Positions 36,650 through 44,500 of a stretch of 64,000 nucleotides of DNA are shown here, one piece after another (the stretch's first letter is position 1; every line of letters starts with the position of its first letter). The position numbers and the translations under genes were made by a program. Under the pieces are notes generated by a model that saw only the letters and a program-made list of their open reading frames with translations, was not told where the DNA came from and made no database searches. The stretch is from an uncultured Clostridia bacterium (lineage in GTDB: Bacteria; Bacillota; Clostridia; Christensenellales; UBA1242). Location: positions 1,929-65,928 of the forward strand of contig CALWJY010000002.1 of the NCBI GenBank assembly GCA_944381135.1. The letters run 5' to 3'.

Positions 36650-38620
36650 TCATTCAATCTTATCTTTTCTATTTAAACGCTTCTTCAAATTGTTGATTTT
36701 ATTTCTAAGTTCAATCGCACGCTCGAAATCAAGTTGAGAGGAGGCAATTTTCATCATTGAAGTCAAGCGGTCAATTTCTTTTGGAATATCTTTCTTGGCA
36801 ACTGAGTCTTCGGAAACTTTCTTGGAAATATCCAAGGTGTTTTTGATTTCTTTTATGATTGTTTTTGGCACAATGCCATGCTCTTTGTTGAATTTTTCTT
36901 GAATTGCCCTGCGTCGTTCCGTCTCGTCAATCGCATTTTGCATAGACTTTGTTATGGTGTCTGCAAACATGATGACATGCCCATTTGCATTTCTCGCCGC
37001 CCTTCCAATTGTTTGAATAAGCGCACCTTCGCTTCTCAAAAAGCCTTCCTTATCCGCGTCCAAAATGCAGACAAGTTCCACTTCTGGCATGTCAAGCCCC
37101 TCTCTCAAAAGGTTGATGCCCACAAGGACATCAAAATCTCCCTCGCGAAGACCATTGATGATTTCCACACGCTCCATGGTGTCAATTTCACTGTGAAGAT
37201 ATTTCACTTTGAATTTGTGGTCGGCAAGATAGGTTGTCAAACTTTCTGCCATCTTCTTTGTCAATGTTGTCACCAGCACACGTGCACCTCTTTCAATCGT
37301 CTTTCGGCACTCTTCCATCAACACTTCCACTTGATTTTTGATTGGTTTGATTTCAATCTTAGGGTCCAAAAGTCCTGTCGGGCGGATGACTTGTTCCACC
37401 ACTTGCCCTGCATTTTCCATTTCATATGGACCCGGCGTTGCAGAAACATAAATTGTTTGACGAAGTTTCTTTTCAAACTCTTCAAACTTAAGCGGACGAT
37501 TGTCACGCGCCGCTTCAAGACGAAAACCATATTCCACAAGCGAATTTTTGCGCGCCCTGTCACCATTATACATCGCACGAATTTGAGGAATTGTCATGTG
37601 GCTTTCGTCAATGATTGTCAAAAAGTCGTTTGGAAAATAATCAATCAGCGTATATGGCGCTTCTCCCGGCTTTCGTCCGTCAAAATAGCGCGAATAGTTT
37701 TCAATTCCACTGCAATACCCCACTTCTTTCATCATCTCAAGGTCATAGGCAACACGCTGTCCAATTCTTTCTGCCTCAAGTGGTTTCTTTTCTGCTTCAA
37801 ACTTGGCAATCGCTTTTTGACGGTCAATTTCAATCTGAGCAATGGCGTTTTGCAAGGTGTTGCTTCCAACCGCATAGTGCGTGGCAGGATAGATTGCTAC
37901 AAAACTGACTTCATTAAGCATATTTCCGCTGACGGGGTCAAACTCGAATATTTTTTCAATTTCGTCGCCGAAAAAACGCACGCGAATTGCCACATCACTC
38001 ATGTTGGCAGGAAAAATGTCCACAACATCCCCTTTCACTCTGAAAGTTGTGCGCTTGAAATCTATGTCGTTGCGCGTGTATTGAATGGCAATGAGATGGT
38101 TGATAAGTTCGTCACGGTCGCATTCCTCGCCCTCACGCAAGGCAATGTGCAAGTTGTGATATTCCTCCGGGCTTCCCAAACCATATATGCACGAGACAGA
38201 TGCCACAACAATTGTGTCTCGGCGCTCCAAAAGAGAAGATGTGGCAGAGGAACGCAGTTTGTCAATGTCCTCATTCACACTCATATCTTTTTCAATGTAG
38301 GTGTCCGTGGAAACAATGTATGCCTCTGGCTGATAGTAGTCATAATAAGAAACAAAATATTCCACACGATTGTTTGGAAAAAACTCGCGAAATTCGTTGC
38401 AAAGTTGTGCCGCCAAGGTCTTGTTGTGCGCAATCACAAGGGTTGGCTTCTGCACCTTTTCAATGATGTTTGCCATGGTGTAGGTCTTTCCAGAACCTGT
38501 CACCCCAAGCAAAACTTGGTCTTTCAAACCATCCTCAATGCCCTCCACCAATTTTTCGATGGCTTGTGGTTGATCGCCAGCCGGCTTATATTTTGAAACT
38601 AACTTAAACTTCTCTTCCAT
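36650..38620 (-). CDS. uvrB: excinuclease ABC subunit B
   Basis: 656 aa with GVTGSGKT, the IIDESHMT (DExH) box, and a C-terminal UVR-like helix. Confidence 0.97.
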   Translation of the reverse strand: MEEKFKLVSKYKPAGDQPQAIEKLVEGIEDGLKDQVLLGVTGSGKTYTMANIIEKVQKPTLVIAHNKTLAAQLCNEFREFFPNNRVEYFVSYYDYYQPEAYIVSTDTYIEKDMSVNEDIDKLRSSATSSLLERRDTIVVASVSCIYGLGSPEEYHNLHIALREGEECDRDELINHLIAIQYTRNDIDFKRTTFRVKGDVVDIFPANMSDVAIRVRFFGDEIEKIFEFDPVSGNMLNEVSFVAIYPATHYAVGSNTLQNAIAQIEIDRQKAIAKFEAEKKPLEAERIGQRVAYDLEMMKEVGYCSGIENYSRYFDGRKPGEAPYTLIDYFPNDFLTIIDESHMTIPQIRAMYNGDRARKNSLVEYGFRLEAARDNRPLKFEEFEKKLRQTIYVSATPGPYEMENAGQVVEQVIRPTGLLDPKIEIKPIKNQVEVLMEECRKTIERGARVLVTTLTKKMAESLTTYLADHKFKVKYLHSEIDTMERVEIINGLREGDFDVLVGINLLREGLDMPEVELVCILDADKEGFLRSEGALIQTIGRAARNANGHVIMFADTITKSMQNAIDETERRRAIQEKFNKEHGIVPKTIIKEIKNTLDISKKVSEDSVAKKDIPKEIDRLTSMMKIASSQLDFERAIELRNKINNLKKRLNRKDKIE

Positions 38621-38627
38621 ATTCTCT

Positions 38628-38636
38628 ATTTTACCA
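38628..38636 (-). promoter_or_regulatory. extended -10 promoter of uvrB (leaderless transcript predicted)
   Basis: The minus strand reads TGgTAAAAT. Only 7 nt (agagaat) separate it from the ATG at 38620, and there is no SD and no good -35. Confidence 0.4.
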
Positions 38637-38731
38637 CAAAAAGTGCAAAAGTCTATACGAATTCACAAAAATCTTTAATATCACTTAAACGCTAAACAAC
38701 AAAACAAAAACACGAAGTCTTCATCTGACAA

Positions 38732-38777
38732 TAAAAAATCTTGCATAAGGAGAGCAACTCACGCAAGATTTTTTTTA
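38732..38777. terminator. intrinsic terminator after the phase-variable lipoprotein gene
   Basis: An A6 run, ATCTTGC (38738-44) pairing with GCAAGAT (38763-69), then a T8 run. The minus-strand RNA ends in UUUUUUAUU. Confidence 0.6.
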
Positions 38778-38800
38778 ACATTTAAATATGCTGAATTCGC

Positions 38801-39517
38801 TTAAGCTTTTGTCACAACATATGTTGAAACGTCATCTTCCTCAACTAAAGTGGAAACATATCCCTCTGCAACAAAATTTGTGGACATATCTGAACTTTCA
38901 GCTGCATTAGCGGCTGGATCAAAATTCTCGAAGATTCCGCCTGAAACAACAATGCTTGCAATTCCTTCTTCTCGAGCAGAATCTAACAAATTGAGTGTAA
39001 ACTGATAGTCTTTTGCAGTAGCAAGTTGTTGAATGGAAAATCTTCCACCCTTGATTTCAGCAGATCCTTCAGTCACATACACCGCACTTATGTTGCTTAC
39101 ATATGTTCCATCTTCAATGATGAGATGTCCGCCTTCTATAACATCAAATGTGTAGCAATCGTTTTCTTTTGCAATGATGCTTCCATTTCCTCTAACAGTC
39201 AAATCTCCTCCGTCACGAACGGAAATGATGGACCAAACTCCTTCGGTTTCATCCCAAAGATCCGTCTCATTGCTGAGAGTCTTTCCGTTCAAATCAAGCA
39301 CAACTTCTCTTGAAATAATCAACGCCTCATCAACAACAACATCGTCCTCAAGTCTAACAATTTCGCTTTCGCCCGCAAGTGCTTCAACAAGTTCTTCATA
39401 TGTTGAAACACTTTCTGTTTTTGAGCCTCCACAAGCAGTTGCTATAAATATGAAAGAAACAAGCATAACTGCAACAGCAAGCACAAACCCAATTTTTTTA
39501 GATTTTGAAATTTGCAT
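38801..39517 (-). CDS. small beta-helix-like surface lipoprotein (238 aa)
   Basis: The start is ATG 39517 (MQISKSKKIGFVLAVAVMLVSFIFIATAC, lipobox ATAC) with a GGAGG 5 nt upstream. VVLDLNGKTLSN and GGDLTVRGNGSIIA are typical of right-handed beta-helix adhesin-like repeats. The ORF-track TTG start at 39610 is rejected. Confidence 0.75.
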   Translation of the reverse strand: MQISKSKKIGFVLAVAVMLVSFIFIATACGGSKTESVSTYEELVEALAGESEIVRLEDDVVVDEALIISREVVLDLNGKTLSNETDLWDETEGVWSIISVRDGGDLTVRGNGSIIAKENDCYTFDVIEGGHLIIEDGTYVSNISAVYVTEGSAEIKGGRFSIQQLATAKDYQFTLNLLDSAREEGIASIVVSGGIFENFDPAANAAESSDMSTNFVAEGYVSTLVEEDDVSTYVVTKA

Positions 39518-39548
39518 ATAAACCTCCTTCAAATATGCTCTCAAATTC

Positions 39549-39577
39549 ATTATAATATGGCTGGGGGGGGGAGTCAA
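39549..39577 (-). promoter_or_regulatory. sigma-A promoter with a C9 (plus-strand G9) tract in the spacer, candidate phase-variable promoter
   Basis: The minus strand reads cgcTTGACT-CCCCCCCCCAGCCATAT-TATAATgaatttgag. The -35 is at 39572-39577 and the -10 at 39549-39554. The spacer is exactly 17 nt, of which 9 are the homopolymer. Confidence 0.7.
39563..39571. repeat. G9 homopolymer (simple sequence repeat)
   Basis: This is the only G/C homopolymer of this length that I saw in the window. Confidence 0.95.
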
Positions 39578-39630
39578 GCGTTTTAATTTTTTTTCACAAT
39601 TGTCACACAATTTTTAATATTTTTTTTGAG

Positions 39631-39990
39631 TTAACTTTTAAAAATTGCCTTCAAAATTATGCCAAAAACAAAGCTGACAGTGGCAAGAAACATGCTTCGA
39701 AGCACCAAAAGTCCAAAAGTTCGCCGATTTTTTCGTGTGTCGGCGTTGTAGGACTGCCCACTTTTCTTAAGGTTGACACAATAATAATATCCCTTTTTGC
39801 TGTCGGAAACCACAAAGTCAATATAGTTCTCGTTTGAGAGCGTCACCATAATTTCATCAATCTCTTCCACAGAAAGCACAAATTTCTTTGAAAGTGCCTG
39901 AGTGATTTCTTGCGGAGAAATGAGATATGTCCGCTTTTGCTGACACTTGTTGCAAAGATATGACATCACCATTCGCTCCTTTTTTGTCAT
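39631..39990 (-). CDS. tail-anchored winged-helix (BlaI/MarR-like) protein, paralogue A
   Basis: The start is ATG 39990 with a GGAGG 6 nt upstream. The N-terminal roughly 80 aa has a wHTH-like pattern (KERMVMSYL...ISPQEITQALSKK...). The C-terminal hydrophobic anchor is FGLLVLRSMFLATVSFVFGIILKAIF. It aligns by eye with the 40170-40547 product. Confidence 0.6.
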   Translation of the reverse strand: MTKKERMVMSYLCNKCQQKRTYLISPQEITQALSKKFVLSVEEIDEIMVTLSNENYIDFVVSDSKKGYYYCVNLKKSGQSYNADTRKNRRTFGLLVLRSMFLATVSFVFGIILKAIFKS

Positions 39991-40149
39991 GAAATTCCTC
40001 CGCACCCTTTTTTCTTAATTTCCCCAAATGCAAGACAAAATATTCTTTTGGCAAATCGCGCATATGTGCACTTGAAGTTTTGTGAAAAAACATTCAGAAA
40101 ACAGCAATAAAAGCGCACTTTTTCGTTGATTTTTGAATAATATTTTGCA

Positions 40150-40163
40150 ATTTTTGCAAAAAT
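40150..40163. promoter_or_regulatory. perfect 14-bp palindrome ATTTTTGCAAAAAT, candidate operator overlapping an extended -10
   Basis: It lies 6 nt upstream of the ATG at 40170. TGcAAAAAT (40155-40163) could serve as an extended -10 for a leaderless transcript. TTTTGCAA is also directly repeated at 40143-40150. Confidence 0.4.
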
Positions 40164-40169
40164 ATCTTC

Positions 40170-40547
40170 ATGATTGACATAAAATCAAAACTTGTGTTGT
40201 CCATTCTTGCCAAAGAAAGTGATGACGGAAGTTATAAAATTGTTGAAGTTTCCGACATAATCATGGCACTTCCAAAACATTTTCGCATGGACAGCGAGGC
40301 AGTGAAACACATTTTAACGCATTTGGAGCGTCAGGATATGATTTCAATCAAATATGACGATGATGACGTCTATTGCCTCGCCGTGCTTCCATATGGATTT
40401 GAAGTTCTGGAGACTGAAAAACCTCGCCGACCAAAAACGAAAGAAAACACAATCAATTGGAAAAATTTTTTCATCTTGTTTTCTTCGGCATTCTTTGGTG
40501 CAGTGGTTGGTGCAATTGTCTGTTTTTTGTTTTTCAAGTTTTTATAG
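40170..40547 (+). CDS. tail-anchored winged-helix protein, paralogue B
   Basis: 125 aa. KSKLVLSILAKESDDGSYKIVEVSDIIMALPKHF parallels paralogue A. The C-terminal anchor is FFILFSSAFFGAVVGAIVCFLFF. There is no SD upstream. Confidence 0.6.
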   Translation: MIDIKSKLVLSILAKESDDGSYKIVEVSDIIMALPKHFRMDSEAVKHILTHLERQDMISIKYDDDDVYCLAVLPYGFEVLETEKPRRPKTKENTINWKNFFILFSSAFFGAVVGAIVCFLFFKFL

Positions 40548-40654
40548 AAATAAGAAATTTAAATCAAATAAAAAGCAACAATCACATGCTTCGACTTAAA
40601 ACCAAAAACTCAAAACACAAAAAATTAAAGAAAAACAAAAATCATCAAATAAAA

Positions 40655-40686
40655 CAAAAAACTCAACAATTTTGTTGAGTTTTTTA
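40655..40686. terminator. bidirectional intrinsic terminator
   Basis: An A6 run, ACTCAACA-attt-TGTTGAGT (40661-40680), then a T run. It lies between the convergent 40170-40547 and radC-like genes. Confidence 0.75.
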
Positions 40687-40727
40687 AAATCATTTTGAAA
40701 TTGGAATTTTTTTGCAAATTGGAAAAT

Positions 40728-41480
40728 CTATTTTGCAAAACTTGAAATGGTTTCTTTCAGTTCATCAATGTCGCAATATGTTCTACACATGCGGTTTTCA
40801 TATTGACTGAAAACACCGTCATCGCCAACAATCAAAGAATCAATCAAATTTACGCCACAAGTTTCACAAAATTCTTTAACAATTTTGTAAGCGTCCTTGT
40901 CTGCTTCAGACGGAGTTGCTTTTCCAAAGGGATGACAATGGGCAATCACCATTGCAGAGGGTTTGGAAGAGGCAAGGAAATTTGCAAGTTCCATTGTCGG
41001 AACTCCAACCTCAACCAAACTTGAAGAAGAAAATCGGCGCTTGTGAGTGATTATGTTTGCCGAACTCAATGCAAACAAAAACAAATTTTCAGAGGTTCGA
41101 AAACGAAGATGGGCTTCAACAGTGTCGACCAAATCGGCTCTATTGGAAATTTTCAATCGTTTGCCCATCTTTCCAATGGTATATTGGAAAAACAAACCAC
41201 CAAAAAGATTAATCATTTTTGCCGAGCGTTCATTGATGCCATCAACTCTCATCAAATCTTCAACGCTGGAATCGACAACTTTTGCAAAAGTGTCAAATTC
41301 GGTCAGAAGCCTGTGAGCAAGTGGATTGACATCACCACGAGGAAAAATGTAGGTCAAAAACAACTCCAAAACTTGAAAATCGCTTAAGTTGTCCACCCCG
41401 GCATTGATTGCCAAATCCACAAGCCTTTTTCTGTGCCCCGAGTGTATGCACTTTTCTTTCTTCTTTTCCTCTGTTTTCAT
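40728..41480 (-). CDS. RadC-like JAB-domain protein (paralogue 2, canonical motif)
   Basis: GHRKRLVDL, LAHRLLTEFDTFAKV and HCHPFGKATPSEAD (HxHPxG-x3-PS-x2-D). An AAAGGAG RBS lies upstream. It starts 82 nt after the giant ORF stop, with only a weak hairpin between the two. Confidence 0.8.
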   Translation of the reverse strand: MKTEEKKKEKCIHSGHRKRLVDLAINAGVDNLSDFQVLELFLTYIFPRGDVNPLAHRLLTEFDTFAKVVDSSVEDLMRVDGINERSAKMINLFGGLFFQYTIGKMGKRLKISNRADLVDTVEAHLRFRTSENLFLFALSSANIITHKRRFSSSSLVEVGVPTMELANFLASSKPSAMVIAHCHPFGKATPSEADKDAYKIVKEFCETCGVNLIDSLIVGDDGVFSQYENRMCRTYCDIDELKETISSFAK

Positions 41481-41562
41481 TTTTTCTCCTTTGAATTTTA
41501 AGTCTTAAATTTAGAGACATTTTTTGCACAAATGTTTTTTATATTTAAAAATTCCTTATGGT

Positions 41563-44500
41563 TTAATCTCTGAATATGGTTGTGGAACCCTGGCAAGCAA
41601 CACCATAAATTCCGCCAGAGTTCACAGCCTCACCACTTGTCCAAACATATTTTTCAAAATCTCGGACATCCCAGCGTCCTTCTTGGACAACAAATTTATA
41701 TATGCCATCAAATCTCCATTCTATTCCCAATCTCACATATAATTCTTTTACAGTTGAAAGTTTGCCCCAATCAGCCCCATCTCCCGCAGAGCGGGTTTCA
41801 TCATTTATTTGCTCGTCAGTAACATCCTCAACCAAAACTTTCCAAGAATCTTTCCACGTTCCCCAAGTTTCATTATTTGTAATAAGGTCGGACCAAACTC
41901 CACCATGTCCGGTTCCAATTCCAAGAATGCTTCCTTTTTCATGACAATCAAATAAATGAGCAGCAGTTTTCAAACTTTCTGCATTATTGGCAAGCATTAA
42001 TAATGTTCCAGCACTATCAATGTTTAATTCTTTTCGCCCCATGCTTCCTCTTGAACCTGGACGATCAGCATTTCCAGAACCACCTGGTGCACCAGCAAGA
42101 AGATATTCATCCATTGTCACATATCCAAGACATCCAACACCACCATTGCCACCATATTGAATGTAATAGTCTCTGCCGGCATGTGACTCTGTGTAAACAC
42201 GGTTGCCAGCATAGTGCAAATCATATGCTCCGTTTTCACCAGCTTGTCCGCCACCGCCACCACCATAGGCAATTGCTTTGTTTTCGCTCATTGTTCCATG
42301 TGCACCATTCCCGCCATAACCACCAATGCTGTCAAGTCCTGATCGTGAATAATACACCACTGTTCCATCAAGTTGTCCGCCATGACCACCATCGTCACCA
42401 TGACCACCATTGAAATCTGAGGCACTTGAAATTTCACTACTTGTGCCATCTTCACCGTTGTCGCCTTTGACTGCATTTCCAGCAACAAACACTTCGTGAC
42501 TGACATAATTGATGTTTTCTACTGTGACTGCATCGATTTCATATTGTGCCAAAGTTATGTTTACATCTTGCCCACTTGAAGCATCTGCTCCATCCATAGT
42601 CACACTGCTGTCAACATCAATGACAACATCGCCGTCATTTATTTTTCCTAAAACTGAACTATATTCATCAGGTTGAGCGGAAATGTTTCTGAAATTTCCA
42701 AATGTTTTGACATTAAGCAAACTTGCCGAATTTGTGCCAAACAAGATTGAACTGCCTGAATTATATGCGCCAAAAGAACTTTTTGAGTAGGTTGTTTGCG
42801 CAACAAAATTCAAATTTCTTATGTCACCAGAGTTTTCTTCAAAAAGAGAACCTCCGTCGCTTGTCACCTTTGAAATGTATTTAAGCATAAATCCATTGCC
42901 ATTGAAAATCATTTCATTTAAGTCAAATCCAGAGATTTCTCCAAGAGAAATGTCAGAATTCAAAACAATTGCTGAAACTTCATCATCATGAGTTACTTCT
43001 GTTTCTGTTGAAACTGTTGTCCCTGTTGAGATTGACAATTTATAGCGATATTCATAATCTATTGCAGTGTATGAGTTTGCATTCAAAGAAACACCTTTGG
43101 AGAATGTTTGCCATTCGCCATTTCGTGTCGCGTTTCTGATTTCCAAAGAATCTTCAACATAATTGTCAGCACCCCTGAAAATCCAAGATTCTGATTCGTC
43201 CTTAGTGTTTACATACAAAGTCAAATCTCGGATATCATCACTTTCACCATCTTCTCCTGACAACTGTGCCTCTGCACCAAATGTCAGACCGCTTGTTTCG
43301 TTTTTGATGAATTGAATTCCATTTTCATCAAAATCACCAACAATTAAATCGATGTCAATTGGATGATGTTCATCATGATGTTCATCAATTATTATGTAAC
43401 CATCAATAAACTCTGTCAAATCTGTGCATGAAAAACTTTCATCCACATCCGGTTCTGGTAATTCTGAAACTGCAATCGAAAGCCCGTCTATGAATGAATG
43501 AGAAGAAGATGTCACATTTCCCTCTGCGTCAATTTGGAATTCATATAAATCAAAATCAATAAAACCTCCTCCATCAACTAGACGCGAATATAAATATGAA
43601 ATTTCAATCATTCCATTGTCATATATTCTATATTCATAAGATTCCACATCATAATCATTTGTATAGACTTCTCTTGATGTCGAAATGTAACTTCCATTAT
43701 CCTCGTCATTTCCTTTTTCAACAGAATAAGAAATACTCCCTTCTGTTGTTAAGTCAGATGAGTTTGAAATTGACAAACTGTTGCTGGTTGTATAAATGTT
43801 TAATTTTCCATTATAGTTGTCGCCATAGATATAATTTTCACCACCATATGTGAAAGAAAGTTGTGTGTTCTGAACATAAGAAACATAAACACTATCGTCA
43901 AAAGCAATGTTTCCACTTATTGAAACTTGTTTTGTTTCGTTAGAAACGCCTTGAGTTAAATTTTTGATGGTTCCACTTTCCTTATCACCCTCATAGACTC
44001 TGATGTCATAACCAACATCTTCTTCTGGCAGTTCTATGACTAAATTTCTAATTTGATCACAAATGTATGTGACAGTGACAGCGTGGAAATCCATTCCAAA
44101 ATATGTAACCGACTCGTTGACAATTCCTTCTCCAGAAAGACTATCAAAATTTTCCGGTGAGCCAATATATACTGGAATCCCACCTTCCTCAATAACACTG
44201 AATTGTTCGTTCATACTTCTGGCTGTGAGAACGAGAAAAACGTCTTCTTTAATTTCTTGCTCATTTTCAAGCATGTCACTACTTAAATCGGACATTCGCC
44301 AAGGTGTTGTATTGTAATATACCGTCCAACTTGACATCTCTTCTACAAATTCATTAACTAATGTCGAATCACCTTCCAATCTTAATGCATCTCCAGAAAT
44401 TGAAACCAACACTCCATCGTCAGGTGAGTTGTCAGTCACACTCCATGGTTCTGTTCTTTGAGAGGAATAGTTGATGGCATAAAATCCATCCATATCTCCA

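Noticed and set aside
36878-38596. 572-aa plus-strand ORF, the longest non-annotated ORF in the track
   Set aside because: It is the exact codon-aligned reverse complement of uvrB. Its openness only means uvrB uses no TTA, CTA or TCA codons over that stretch. The translation is F/H/C/N/R-rich junk with no start context. It is a shadow ORF.
40728-42040. Giant-protein C-terminal domain plus downstream RadC as a polymorphic toxin / immunity pair
   Set aside because: I recognise no toxin fold or motif in the terminal domain, and RadC/JAB is not a known immunity family. The idea is recorded only as something profile searches could revisit.
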